The notes: generated by a model from the sequence alone, not told the origin. A stretch of 64,000 nucleotides of DNA from Chitinophagales bacterium (GCA_046329495.1 JAXLUO010000015.1:28125-92124), one strand, 5' to 3'. Numbered from the stretch's first letter, positions 27,131 through 37,527 are shown. Translations and numbers: made by a program.

Positions 27131-28993
27131 ATGGAAAAAGGCACTATTTCTGTTTCAACCGAAAACATTTTCCCCATCATCAAAAAATTCCTGTATAGTG
27201 AACAGGAGATTTTTTTAAGAGAATTGGTGAGCAATGCTGTTGACGCTACTACCAAACTGCGCAAACTGGCCCAAATGGGTGAGGTGCAGGGCGAAGTAGG
27301 CGACCTATATGTAGAAGTTTTGCTGGATAAGGACGCCAAAACCCTCACCATCCGCGACCGCGGTATTGGTATGAGCGCCGAGGAGGTAAAAAAATACATC
27401 AACACCATCGCCCTTTCCAGCGCCGAAGAGTTTATCAAGAAGTTTGAAAACACCGACAAAGCGGCCATTATCGGTCATTTCGGCCTGGGTTTCTATTCTG
27501 CTTTTATGGTGGCCGACAAGGTGGAGTTGTTTACAAAAAGCTATAAGGACGAACCCGCCGCTCACTGGACTTGTACCGGCTCAACCGAGTTTGAATTACA
27601 GGCAGCCGAAAAAGCCGACCGCGGTACCGATGTGGTATTGCATATAAACGAGGAATCGAAAGAATATCTGGAGGAATACAAGATTCGCCAAATACTGGAG
27701 AAGTATTGCAAATTCCTGCCGGTTGAAATTCGTTTTGGAACAGAAGAGCAGGAAACAGGAGAGAAGGATGCGGAAGACAAACCGGTAATGAAAACCGTTC
27801 CGCGGGTGGTAAACAACGCCACTCCGGCTTACATCAAAGCGCCTTCCGAATTAAAGGATGAAGATTACAAGCAGTTCTACAACGAACTGTATCCTTTCAG
27901 CGAGCCTCCTTTGTTCTGGATTCATATCAACACCGATTTTCCGTTCGATCTGAAAGGTATTTTGTACTTCCCTAAGTTTAAGCCTAATACCGAGCTAAAC
28001 CGCAATAAGGTACACCTGTATTGCAATCAGGTATTTGTTACCGATTCGGTAGAGCAGATCGTGCCCGACTTTTTAACGTTGCTGCAAGGTGTTATCGATT
28101 CACCTGATATTCCCTTGAATGTATCGCGCAGCTACCTTCAGGGCGACCCGAACGTGAAGAAGATATCGCAGCATATCGTTAAGAAGGTGGCCGATAAATT
28201 GCTGGAAATTTTCAATAACGACCGTCCTTCCTTCGAACAGAAATGGGAAAGCCTGGGCATGTTTGTAAAATACGGTATGCTCAGCGATGATAAATTTTAC
28301 AACACCGCACAAAAGTTCTGTCTGTTCCAAAATACCGAAAACAAGAGCTTTACGTTTGATGAGTTAAAAGAGAAAACCCAGGCACTGCAGAAAGATAAAA
28401 ACGGCAAGTTGGTATTGCTCTACAGCACCGATGCTGAGGCGCAGCACACCTACATCCACAATGCGCAAAAATATGGTTACGAAATTTTGCTGCTGGATGC
28501 CTATATCGACCAGCACTTTATTCAGTTCCTGGAAGGCAAACAAACGGATGTGCAGTTCAAACGTGTGGATGCTGATACTTTAAACAAGCTGATTGAAAAA
28601 GAGGATGAACCGGCTTCGGTTCTTACCAAAGAGGAAGAAGATAAGCTGAAAGAACTGTTCACTTCGGTTATTGATAGCAAGGAAGCCCAGGTAGAATTGA
28701 AATCATTGCCGCCCGATGAAGTGCCGGTGCAAATCACCCGCAGCGAATTCATGCGCCGTATGAGCGATATGAGCAAAATGGGTGGCAGCCAGTACGCCTT
28801 TATGGGCCAAATACCCGAGCAGTTGAACGTGGTAGTAAACAGTAATCATACTTCTATTAAAAAGTTGCTGGCCGAAAGTAGTGCGGCACATGCCCGTCAG
28901 TTATATGATCTGGCATTGTTGGCACAAGGCACGCTAAAAGGTAAAGCTCTCACCGATTTCATCCATCGCAGTGTAGGCGAGTTAAGCAAATAA
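27131..28993 (+). CDS. htpG: Molecular chaperone HtpG (Hsp90)
   Basis: FLRELVSNAVDA, IRDRGIGMS and IGHFGLGFYSAFMVADKV (GHKL ATPase motifs), plus full-length Hsp90 middle and C-terminal domains. The track start at 27068 is a TTG, and ATG 27131 (MEKGTISV) fits the family N-terminus. Confidence 0.95.
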   Translation: MEKGTISVSTENIFPIIKKFLYSEQEIFLRELVSNAVDATTKLRKLAQMGEVQGEVGDLYVEVLLDKDAKTLTIRDRGIGMSAEEVKKYINTIALSSAEEFIKKFENTDKAAIIGHFGLGFYSAFMVADKVELFTKSYKDEPAAHWTCTGSTEFELQAAEKADRGTDVVLHINEESKEYLEEYKIRQILEKYCKFLPVEIRFGTEEQETGEKDAEDKPVMKTVPRVVNNATPAYIKAPSELKDEDYKQFYNELYPFSEPPLFWIHINTDFPFDLKGILYFPKFKPNTELNRNKVHLYCNQVFVTDSVEQIVPDFLTLLQGVIDSPDIPLNVSRSYLQGDPNVKKISQHIVKKVADKLLEIFNNDRPSFEQKWESLGMFVKYGMLSDDKFYNTAQKFCLFQNTENKSFTFDELKEKTQALQKDKNGKLVLLYSTDAEAQHTYIHNAQKYGYEILLLDAYIDQHFIQFLEGKQTDVQFKRVDADTLNKLIEKEDEPASVLTKEEEDKLKELFTSVIDSKEAQVELKSLPPDEVPVQITRSEFMRRMSDMSKMGGSQYAFMGQIPEQLNVVVNSNHTSIKKLLAESSAAHARQLYDLALLAQGTLKGKALTDFIHRSVGELSK

Positions 28994-29009
28994 ATTGGAT
29001 TGTTTCCTT

Positions 29010-29897
29010 ATGCGCTTGTTTTTTGTTTTAATCCTGTTTCCGGCATTGTGCTTTGCGCAACAGAACATTGTGGTTGATAGCATAACTTACAGCCATCCGG
29101 CAGGTAAAAGCCTGCTAATGGATGTTTATCAACCATTGGGCGATAAGAACACCAAACACCCTCTGGTAATTTTGGCTCACGGAGGCAGCTTCATGCATGG
29201 CAACCGCAAGTGCGATCGTCAACCTGCCTTGTGCATGTTTCTGGCGCAGCATGGTTATGTGGCAGTAAGTATCGATTACCGCTTAACCAGCTTGCCGGGT
29301 ATGAGCACAAAGTGCGCCGCATATAGTAATATCCTGAAGGCTGTTGCAGATGGGCGGGCTGCCGTATCCTGGTTTATTAAAGACGCTGCCCAAGGCAATC
29401 GTTTTAATGTAGATACCACCGCCATATTTTTCGGCGGAAGTTCGGCAGGCGCAATTCTTGCCCAACAACTGGGGTATATAGATGAACTGACAAACTGCAA
29501 CCCGACATTGACAAAGGCTGCCCAAAAATATTTGCCTGATAGTACAGCTTACATCCCTCACCGCGTAAAAGGCATCATCAGTCTTGCCGGTGCACTTTTA
29601 GATACCAATATCATAACAAGCGGCGGGCCGGCATTGCTTCACATTCACGGCGATGCTGATCATATTGTCCCCTTCGGATATAAGCATGCCTTAAATGGTA
29701 TTGCGCCATTTAAACTGGCAGGTTTGCAGGCATGCCGCAACATTTATCCGCGCCTTAATATTCAATATAGTGAGTATGTGTTTAAAAATGCAGGGCACAC
29801 TACCTGGGATTTAGACAACATGCAGTTTGAAATTGTAAAAGCAAAAGTGCTTGAGTTTTTAAGTGCACATTCAACCGCTACTTTAAAGCAGCCTTAA
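29010..29897 (+). CDS. Secreted alpha/beta hydrolase (esterase/lipase-like)
   Basis: ATG 29010 gives the signal peptide MRLFFVLILFPALCFAQ. Other marks: the HGG oxyanion motif (LAHGGSF), the nucleophile elbow GGSSAG, and a late HGDADHIVP. The 3' end overlaps the convergent TlpA-like gene by 20 bp. Confidence 0.75.
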   Translation: MRLFFVLILFPALCFAQQNIVVDSITYSHPAGKSLLMDVYQPLGDKNTKHPLVILAHGGSFMHGNRKCDRQPALCMFLAQHGYVAVSIDYRLTSLPGMSTKCAAYSNILKAVADGRAAVSWFIKDAAQGNRFNVDTTAIFFGGSSAGAILAQQLGYIDELTNCNPTLTKAAQKYLPDSTAYIPHRVKGIISLAGALLDTNIITSGGPALLHIHGDADHIVPFGYKHALNGIAPFKLAGLQACRNIYPRLNIQYSEYVFKNAGHTTWDLDNMQFEIVKAKVLEFLSAHSTATLKQP

Positions 29898-31284
29898 CGG
29901 CATCTTCTAAATCACTTCCTAATAGCCCCTTCGCCAGTATTTTACCTTCTCTGTTTAATAAGAATACAGCGGGCGTAGTAGTAACATTGTAAAGCGCCAG
30001 CACCTTGCTCTCTTTAAGCGGAACCAGTTCGCTTACGTTAATGCCGCTTAAGCCATTTATTGCAAGTGCCTTCTCCCATTCCTCTTTCTTTTCATCTACC
30101 GATACGGCAAAAAGACCCAATCCTTGTTTTCTATATCTTTCGTACATCGCTTGTATTTCAGGTGTTTCCTTTTTGCAACGGGCACACCAGCTTATCCAGT
30201 ATATTAGTATGGTAGCTTTATTCTTTTTGCATTGCTCGTACAGGCTTTGCGCTTTGCCGTTCACATCATACAAAAGTATATCGCGTCCTTTGCTGCCTAC
30301 CATGCTGCTCTGCATGTTGTTTAGCCTGGTTAATTCTTCCATGCTAAGATTTAGTGCACAACCGTTAGGGTGCTTTTCGGTTATGTAGTTAACTAATACT
30401 TCGCTCTTATACTTTAAAAACACCTTTAGAAGAGAGGTGTATACAAAACTATTGACCTCGTCGTTTTGTGCAAGGCTGTTCATGATAACATCAATTCCTG
30501 CACGCGACCCGTCGGATGTTTTATCCGTGTAGTTGGCCAGGTACTCATGTACTTTATCAATGTAGGCATAATGTCTTAAAATCCTGGTGTCATTTGTGTT
30601 TATCGAGTCGAAGAAGTGATCGTGCAATAGGGCACGGTAGCCGTCATATTGTAATGGCCAAATATCATGCTGGTTTCTGTAAGGTATAAGCGCCATCGGC
30701 ACTAATATCACTCCTGTATAGGTACGAGGGAAGGCATTTCTAACTTCTTGTAACGAGGCATCAAAGCCTTGGTAAAGATATTCCATTCTGTCTTCAACCA
30801 GCTTTAGTTGTCTTTTATAATCGGGCTGAAAAAAGGATACGGTTTCCAGCGCAGCGGCTTGTTCATCAAAAAGGGGTTGATAATGTTGTCGCACCGCAAT
30901 TAACCGGGCATATGCTTCATTTTCCATCGAATTTTCTATGATGGCTTCTCCATTCATTATGTCCTGATAATTGGCAGTAACCAGTATTGCTGTATCCGAT
31001 TTAGATAAAATAAGTTCTGCCTGGTTCTGCTTTTCGCTTTTAAATTTTAAGGCATAAAGCCCATCATGAAAATCCGGTAGGGCAAAACGGATGAGTGTAT
31101 CTGTTCTTATTTCTATAGAATCAAGCACAGAAAATTCTTCGCCATAAAACTGCAGTAGTTGCAGCTGGTCAATCCGTTTAATGCTTACCGGGAAGTTCTT
31201 AATCACTACCGTAAAGCTATAAGGCTTACAGTAAACCGTACTACTTAGTAGCACAAGCAATGCTATTATAAAATATCTCTTCAT
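29878..31284 (-). CDS. Long-form TlpA/ResA-like thiol:disulfide oxidoreductase, with the same architecture as 20724-22112
   Basis: 468 aa with a signal peptide. The thioredoxin motif is ILIYWISWCARCKKETPE, followed by FAVSVDEKKEEW...TTPAVFLLN. Confidence 0.8.
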   Translation of the reverse strand: MKRYFIIALLVLLSSTVYCKPYSFTVVIKNFPVSIKRIDQLQLLQFYGEEFSVLDSIEIRTDTLIRFALPDFHDGLYALKFKSEKQNQAELILSKSDTAILVTANYQDIMNGEAIIENSMENEAYARLIAVRQHYQPLFDEQAAALETVSFFQPDYKRQLKLVEDRMEYLYQGFDASLQEVRNAFPRTYTGVILVPMALIPYRNQHDIWPLQYDGYRALLHDHFFDSINTNDTRILRHYAYIDKVHEYLANYTDKTSDGSRAGIDVIMNSLAQNDEVNSFVYTSLLKVFLKYKSEVLVNYITEKHPNGCALNLSMEELTRLNNMQSSMVGSKGRDILLYDVNGKAQSLYEQCKKNKATILIYWISWCARCKKETPEIQAMYERYRKQGLGLFAVSVDEKKEEWEKALAINGLSGINVSELVPLKESKVLALYNVTTTPAVFLLNREGKILAKGLLGSDLEDAVKAALK

Positions 31285-31298
31285 GTAGCGTATAAATA

Positions 31299-31325
31299 CA
31301 AAACGCTGCTCAAAGCAGCGTTTTG
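31299..31325 (-). terminator. Hairpin between the 1174-aa fibre gene and the TlpA-like gene, a possible attenuator or terminator
   Basis: aaaacgctgct-caaa-gcagcgtttt is a 10-bp stem flanked by A and T runs, so it could act on either strand. Confidence 0.45.
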
Positions 31326-31341
31326 TAAAAAAGTTTTTGCA

Positions 31342-34300
31342 CTATTCAAAGTTCATACAGTTGGCAGCACAGGTAACGCCGTTGGTGTCCTCATAGGCTT
31401 CATAATACATAAACCAGGTTCGCTTTGTGCTGTATCCTTCGGTAAACGATACAACTCCGGCGGTGCCATAGTTAGTTTGCTCACCGGCGCCATAACCATT
31501 AGGGAAAACTGCACATTGCACATCGTCATCCTCATCGGCATTACTTTGGTTGTTTTTAAAGCCCACCTGGGCAACAGCACAAAAGTCCCACGCACCCAGG
31601 TTGATGTTGCCATCACTTCCGGCTCCAAAACAGTTGCAGTATCTGTATCGTTGAAAATACATATAGCTTTTGTTCATGCGGATCCCACCGTCTTCAATTT
31701 GTAAGCCGGTAGTTCCTGTTCCGCCGCCGGCAGCCCGGTACGAGGAGTTGATGATAACTTTAGACCCACCCGGAGGAGAAAGATGCAGGTTGCTGTTGGA
31801 GGAAAGCACCCGGCCCTGTAGTGTTAATATACCCCAATCAGCACCGGAACCTAAACTTGCACCGCCACAGGTTAAACAACGGATGTAGAGACCTTGATCA
31901 AGATAAGTGTTGCCACCAACAACCGAAAGCTTATACGAGCCCGGCGTGGTAGTTCCTATACCCACGTTACCGCTCTGTGCATTTATGTATGTATTGTTTT
32001 GGCTATAATAGTTAATGTAAGTGGCATAGCTTCCATCAGCTGCATCAATATGCAAGTTGCCGTTGGTAGCAGCTACCGAAGCTGTGGTTCCTAACCTGCC
32101 GTTGCCACCTACCTGTAAATACGCACCCCAACTGCTATTGGGACCAAAATACAGATAGCCGTTATTAAATACGCTAATTTTACTGTTTTCATCAACTGCT
32201 ACTGCACCAACCCCTAAAGGTGTAGTTAGTGCATTAGGCAAATTGCGTTCAGCCACATATCCTCCTTCAATTAACCAGCCGCGTAATTCAGCATAAGGTT
32301 CGTTTGAACTTGGGTCAAATTCAATTTCCGTAGCTCTGTCGCTAATCACACTCACTCCCCCTGATGCGCCTTCAAAAATGGCCGCATAAGGTCGGCGCGA
32401 TCCTCCTACAGTTGTCATAGCGGCCTTATACAAGCCAAGGCGCTTAAAAGCAGCTTGTAAGTTAGCTGTAATCTGGCCCTCCCATGCATCGTAACTGGTA
32501 AGTATACCTATTTGTGCATTGGTTAACCCGTTTAGTGCGCTGGCCAGGTTGTTCGAAGCGGCGGGATCGCCGTACGTATCGTAACTGGTGCTGCTTACAT
32601 GCGCATGCGTAGCCTTGGTGATGATGGTTAACGTCAGTCCGCGATTACCGTTGTTTACATATTCAGTATTTCCCCAGCGCACAATGCGGTTAGCATTATT
32701 GTTGAGGCCTGTGCCGCGTATATATAATGGATCAGTTTTGCCTACCACCGTATTCAATAGTAGGTTTCCCGTGGCATCGGCGAACACCGGTTTTACTACA
32801 CCTGCACCGGCTGCAAGGCCTGCTACGTTAACCACTCCGCCATTGCTGATATTTACACGTTCAGCACCATTGGTGCGAAAACGCAAGTACCCGTTGCCGC
32901 GCGCCTGTAATTGCAAGTCCTGATCGGCATTGTTGCCCGTTGCATAAATGGTGTTATAGCCAAAGCCAATACCTTGCGAAAGGTTATCGTGCCTGAATTC
33001 AACGCCGCCGTCAAATGCTTGACCGCTGCCCGCACCGCTGCTTACAAAAACTGCTTTGCCGTCATCATAAGTTGAAGGGTCCGTACCGCCTGTACGAACG
33101 GTAAACTTAGCTCCGGGATTGGTTAAACCAATGCCCACGTTACCACTGTTATTATTATAAATATCGTTTACGTTTTTAGTCCAAACGCTATTAATCGTAT
33201 TGCCGGTTATACTGATGCCGGTGCCTGCTGTTAATTGTCCGCCTGCATCGCGCCAGCCGGGAGCACCACCCGCATCTGTACCCCAAACCTTCGTATTCTG
33301 ACCGGCACCGCTTGTTACCAGGCCGGGAGAAGTGGAGCTATTGGTAGCTACATCGATAGTAAGCGCCGCAGCACCTAATACACGGCCGGTGCCATTAGCA
33401 ACTGTTACGCCTGTAGTACTGCTGCTAACTGTACCGGTGGTAAGCTGGCCATTCGGGTCTCTCCAACTTGGGTTACCCGAAGCATCCGTGCCCCAAACCT
33501 TGGTTATCTGTCCGCTACCGCTTGTAACTAAACCGGCGCTGGTACTGCTGTTATTGGCAACATTAATACTTACATCGCTGCTGCCTACCACTTGTGCCGT
33601 ACCATTGGTTATTGTTACTGCACTATTGGGTGTAGTTATGTTTTTAGTAGTTAAGGTAGCATTGGGGTTTGCCCAGGTAGGAGCTCCGCCACCACCGCTC
33701 ACCAGTACTTGTCCACTGGTGCCCGCTGGTGTAAATGCATAACCCGAACCATTACCATAGGCTACTGCTCCGCCGGTAGGTGTGGCATTGCTATTTGTGC
33801 CTCCGCGATTGATAGGAAGAATATTGGTGACCACCCCGCCCGAAAGATCTACAGAATTAGGCCCCATGTCTGCGGCAGTAATGGTATTAGGTGCTATCTG
33901 CGAGGTTGTAACAGCATCATTGGCAATCATGCCGGTAACCACGCCTTGGTTGGCGATACCAATTTGAGTGGCCGTACTGCCATTATAACTAAACGTATTT
34001 AATCCACCACCTGCGGTATTGCTTAATGGTTGTAAGGCGCCGCTTACTGTGGTATTATCAATTACACGCACCCAATCAGTACCATTCCACATATAAATAC
34101 CGGGTGTGCTGTAGGTGCCAGTGGTAGATGTATTATAAACCATAAGCCCGGATGGCTTGCTGCCACTTACGGGGTTGTTGGTGGTTAACAACGCTACACG
34201 GGGTATCATTAAACCCTTATTGGTTGAAGAGATATCCAGTGCGGCATTGGCATCCGGTGAAGTACCTATGCCAACATTACCGGTACTATTCTGCACACGT

Positions 34301-34866
34301 ATTTTCTCGGTACCGTTTGTTCTTATACTTAAGTCTTGTGCGTCGCTTGTGCCTATATAGTCAGTAGCAGGGCTGGTGCCATTATTACCACGTACGCTCC
34401 AGGCGTTTTTCGGATAAAAGTTGTTGAATTCTGTAACTATCCATTTTTGTTCCGTGTTATTATACATGAAGGTTATGGCGCTATTAGCAGCTACCGAAAT
34501 CATATCGCCTCCATCCAGGGTTTTAATTTGATTGACATTGCTTGAGCCGGCATTCAAATTGGCAATGGTTAATTGTTGCGTAGTCGTGTTATAAAGGGTA
34601 ACCATCCTTCCATCCGTTCCGCCTGTAAGGCCTGTAATGCTAAAGGCTGCTCCGGGTCCCGTTATCCTGTAAAAACTGAATTTGCTGCTGGCAAGGTTTA
34701 TATTGTTGTTCGCTCCTGAACTTAATGAAAGTGCGGGGCCTTCGCGGAGGGCAAGGTCCCCGGCAATGTCCATTTTGCTTTGTGGAGCATTAGTTCCCAC
34801 ACCAACATTTTGAGCGGTGCCCAGTATCCAGCTACCAATACAGGCAAGTAGTAAAAGTTTTTTCAT
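31342..34866 (-). CDS. Giant secreted fibre-like protein with repeated (N/G)VGIGT..P..K motifs and a Cys-rich C-terminal domain
   Basis: 1174 aa. Its N-terminus (MKKLLLL...GTAQNVGVGTNAPQSKMDIAG) parallels that of the 788-aa collagen protein. Internal motifs include GNVGIGTSPDANAALDISS, GNVGIGLTNPGAKFTV and GNVGIGTTTPGSYKLSVVGG, plus repeated VTSG.GQ.TKVWGTDA.G.P.WRD segments. The mature-chain Cys (9) all lie in the last ~210 aa. Confidence 0.85.
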   Translation of the reverse strand: MKKLLLLACIGSWILGTAQNVGVGTNAPQSKMDIAGDLALREGPALSLSSGANNNINLASSKFSFYRITGPGAAFSITGLTGGTDGRMVTLYNTTTQQLTIANLNAGSSNVNQIKTLDGGDMISVAANSAITFMYNNTEQKWIVTEFNNFYPKNAWSVRGNNGTSPATDYIGTSDAQDLSIRTNGTEKIRVQNSTGNVGIGTSPDANAALDISSTNKGLMIPRVALLTTNNPVSGSKPSGLMVYNTSTTGTYSTPGIYMWNGTDWVRVIDNTTVSGALQPLSNTAGGGLNTFSYNGSTATQIGIANQGVVTGMIANDAVTTSQIAPNTITAADMGPNSVDLSGGVVTNILPINRGGTNSNATPTGGAVAYGNGSGYAFTPAGTSGQVLVSGGGGAPTWANPNATLTTKNITTPNSAVTITNGTAQVVGSSDVSINVANNSSTSAGLVTSGSGQITKVWGTDASGNPSWRDPNGQLTTGTVSSSTTGVTVANGTGRVLGAAALTIDVATNSSTSPGLVTSGAGQNTKVWGTDAGGAPGWRDAGGQLTAGTGISITGNTINSVWTKNVNDIYNNNSGNVGIGLTNPGAKFTVRTGGTDPSTYDDGKAVFVSSGAGSGQAFDGGVEFRHDNLSQGIGFGYNTIYATGNNADQDLQLQARGNGYLRFRTNGAERVNISNGGVVNVAGLAAGAGVVKPVFADATGNLLLNTVVGKTDPLYIRGTGLNNNANRIVRWGNTEYVNNGNRGLTLTIITKATHAHVSSTSYDTYGDPAASNNLASALNGLTNAQIGILTSYDAWEGQITANLQAAFKRLGLYKAAMTTVGGSRRPYAAIFEGASGGVSVISDRATEIEFDPSSNEPYAELRGWLIEGGYVAERNLPNALTTPLGVGAVAVDENSKISVFNNGYLYFGPNSSWGAYLQVGGNGRLGTTASVAATNGNLHIDAADGSYATYINYYSQNNTYINAQSGNVGIGTTTPGSYKLSVVGGNTYLDQGLYIRCLTCGGASLGSGADWGILTLQGRVLSSNSNLHLSPPGGSKVIINSSYRAAGGGTGTTGLQIEDGGIRMNKSYMYFQRYRYCNCFGAGSDGNINLGAWDFCAVAQVGFKNNQSNADEDDDVQCAVFPNGYGAGEQTNYGTAGVVSFTEGYSTKRTWFMYYEAYEDTNGVTCAANCMNFE

Positions 34867-35088
34867 GATAGAATAGGGTTTAATCAGGGTTCTTTAGACT
34901 TTATCACAAAAATCGAGCCTTGCAAGGCTCCTTATGATAACAAGCTAATGTATTTCCATTAAATCAAAAAAACGGAGTCATTTCCAGGCTAAATGCACTC
35001 GTTTCGAAAAGATAAGAATAATATGGGATTGGACACTACTGACCCTAAAATAGAACACTGTTGTTAATCCTTACTTCTGATCATGGCA

Positions 35089-36201
35089 TCATAACAGGTT
35101 ATCTTTAAGGCATTGTAGCAAGTTGCTGCAACCCTTTTGCAATTCTTCAAATCCCGGATAACCAAACCCTAAACGCATATAACTGCGTTCCTTTTCGAAC
35201 CAATGCCCCGGACCAACAACCGTAGCATAATCGTTGTATAGCGCGGTATAAAACTTGTCGGCATCAAGCTGAAACTCTTTTCTCAATCGCGGAAAGCATA
35301 CTACTCCCGCCTGCGGTTCTACCCATTCCAAATAAGGTTGATTGGCAAACCAATCTTTAAACCAAGCAAAATTGCGGCGTATGTGTGCATGGTTGCGTTC
35401 CATCCATGCGGTTTTATCTTTTAATAAAGCATAGGCAAGCTCTTCGTCAACCACACTGTTACATAAGCTGATCTGTTCCTTTGCAGCTAAGAAGTCATGC
35501 ATTAGTTGCTTATTGCGGCATACTATCCAACCCATGCGAATACCGGGTGCGCCGAACGATTTTGAAACAGAACCTACTGAAATTACCCTGTTACTCCTTT
35601 CTGCTGCGTAGGGTTGTAAATCGGTTTGAAAATTCAGGTCCCGATAGGTTTCATCTATCAGCAGATAGCAGTTTTTTTCTTCCGCTAATGCAATCAACTG
35701 TTGCAGCAGTTCAACACTGTATAACCTACCGCTGGGGTTGTGCGGATTGGTAATGCTGATTAGTTTGGTGTTAGGCTTTGTAGCTTTTCTTATAGCCTCT
35801 ATATCTATTTCAAAATTGTCCTCAAATTTCAAATCAACCACCGTCATCGGAAACTGCATGGCACGCGGTGTTTCTATGTTAGTGCCATAGTTAGGACGTA
35901 TAACTACCAAATGGTCCTGAGGGCTTAGCAAACTGGTAGCCACCATAAACAGCGCGGGAGCAGCACCGCTCGTTACCAGTACATCATCGGGTTTAAGCAG
36001 GGCGCTGTCTTCGATAATGGCTTCACGCAACTTCAGTAAGCCGCGATGTTCTCCATAGAATAAAACCAATTTGCTTAGGTCAACTTCTATCGAACTAAGC
36101 GCAATATCGCGCATACTGCTTTCCGCCAGGTTATAACGTATAGTATTGTAGCCCATTTCTTCGGGCGACTCAATTTCAATAGGCATTCGTTTATACTGCA
36201 T
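35089..36201 (-). CDS. PLP-dependent aminotransferase, class I/II
   Basis: YNLAESS, NPHNPSG and SVSKSFGAPGIRMGW (the PLP-lysine motif). The start was moved to ATG 36201 (MQYKRMP), because the longer ORF overlaps the upstream gene end. Confidence 0.8.
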   Translation of the reverse strand: MQYKRMPIEIESPEEMGYNTIRYNLAESSMRDIALSSIEVDLSKLVLFYGEHRGLLKLREAIIEDSALLKPDDVLVTSGAAPALFMVATSLLSPQDHLVVIRPNYGTNIETPRAMQFPMTVVDLKFEDNFEIDIEAIRKATKPNTKLISITNPHNPSGRLYSVELLQQLIALAEEKNCYLLIDETYRDLNFQTDLQPYAAERSNRVISVGSVSKSFGAPGIRMGWIVCRNKQLMHDFLAAKEQISLCNSVVDEELAYALLKDKTAWMERNHAHIRRNFAWFKDWFANQPYLEWVEPQAGVVCFPRLRKEFQLDADKFYTALYNDYATVVGPGHWFEKERSYMRLGFGYPGFEELQKGCSNLLQCLKDNLL

Positions 36202-36254
36202 GGGTCCCTGTTTTTGAATCTGCAATATAACAGCTCTGTTAATGAAAAGTGGTG

Positions 36255-37421
36255 TTAGGTTAGCTTGGTATAAGCCCGCATCCAACGGTCGGGTAATTCC
36301 TGTTCGCAGGCTTTCTCGTAATCCTTAATGCTGCAGGGCACTAATTGCTGCCGCGCGTGTTTTTCTTTATCCGTTGCTGGTATCTCCATCCACCAGCGTT
36401 CGGTTTTTTTGCTCTTCCAGAAAATCAGATCATCGCGCATATCCTGTAAGTGCACTGTGAATTTCAGATGCTCTTCTACCGTTACCGGATAATCGCCGGC
36501 GCGGTTGTAATATCCTTCAATAAAATACCAGATCATTTGTGCAGCAAGTTGCACAGTTTGGCGATTGTTGTCGTACCCGGGATTTATTTCATATACGCCC
36601 AGCGAGGTGAGCTTATCACTTAAGCCCGCATACCTGGTAATCTGACAAAGTTCCTCGCCGCTAAAACCGTTGGGAGAAGCATAAGCATGTGCCGGAGCAT
36701 CAGCCTGGCGGATGCTGCTGATGTCGATACCCAACATATCGGCATCGCGCAGTATAGGCTCTACCTCTTCCAGATTAGCTCGTATTAAACCTAATCGATG
36801 GCAATCAAAGTTCAGGCTCTCCAGTGTTTCCACCGCCTTCGAATCATTCAGATAGGTTTGATAACCGATATGGGAGTAGTTAAATAAATAATTAGGGCTG
36901 TGCGTTAGTACCTTCATTACAAAGTTACTGGCATCCATCGTACTGCCGGGCAATTCCAGCATATCCACGCGCTCATCTACATTCACCACATTAATCAGCG
37001 TATGCAAATCTTTGTAACCAAGATATTGGCCAAACATCAAGTCGTGACTGCCGCCTATAATTACCGGTATTACCTTGTGGGTAATCAGTTCAATCATAAT
37101 AGTGGCTAAAGCAAAATAGGTGTCGCGCACTGTTTCGCCGGGCAGCAAATTACCAAGGTCTGCCACTTTAAATTCGCGACTAACCGGGGGCATAAACAAT
37201 TTGTAAAACTCGCGGCGTACGGCATCAGGCGCTTTTGCGCTTCCGGCGTTGTATGCGTTATTACGGTCGTCGCAAACGCCGATCAACGCAATATTAAATT
37301 CATAAAGATCAAGTTCCTTGCCATCGGCGATGTAGATGTAATTGCCAAGCTGCCCGGGATGCAATTCGGTGCCTTCTAATATAGTTTCCTTGTCAACGGG
37401 TTGGAGGAACTCATTTATCAT
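36255..37421 (-). CDS. Arginase/ureohydrolase-fold protein (formimidoylglutamase-like) with atypical metal-site motifs and a C-terminal extension of about 90 aa
   Basis: The fold-typical order of motifs is present but altered: IIGGSHD (canonical GGDHS), NVDERVD (canonical DAHxD) and GIDISSI (canonical S.D.D..DP). Confidence 0.6.
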   Translation of the reverse strand: MINEFLQPVDKETILEGTELHPGQLGNYIYIADGKELDLYEFNIALIGVCDDRNNAYNAGSAKAPDAVRREFYKLFMPPVSREFKVADLGNLLPGETVRDTYFALATIMIELITHKVIPVIIGGSHDLMFGQYLGYKDLHTLINVVNVDERVDMLELPGSTMDASNFVMKVLTHSPNYLFNYSHIGYQTYLNDSKAVETLESLNFDCHRLGLIRANLEEVEPILRDADMLGIDISSIRQADAPAHAYASPNGFSGEELCQITRYAGLSDKLTSLGVYEINPGYDNNRQTVQLAAQMIWYFIEGYYNRAGDYPVTVEEHLKFTVHLQDMRDDLIFWKSKKTERWWMEIPATDKEKHARQQLVPCSIKDYEKACEQELPDRWMRAYTKLT

Positions 37422-37527
37422 AATGATAAAGGTAAAATTGCGTATTGCGCCTGGCCTATCCCGGGCGTTAAATCAATTCACAGTAGTGGGTGGGAATGCA
37501 CGTTTGGAAGGACGGGAGCGCAAGGGC

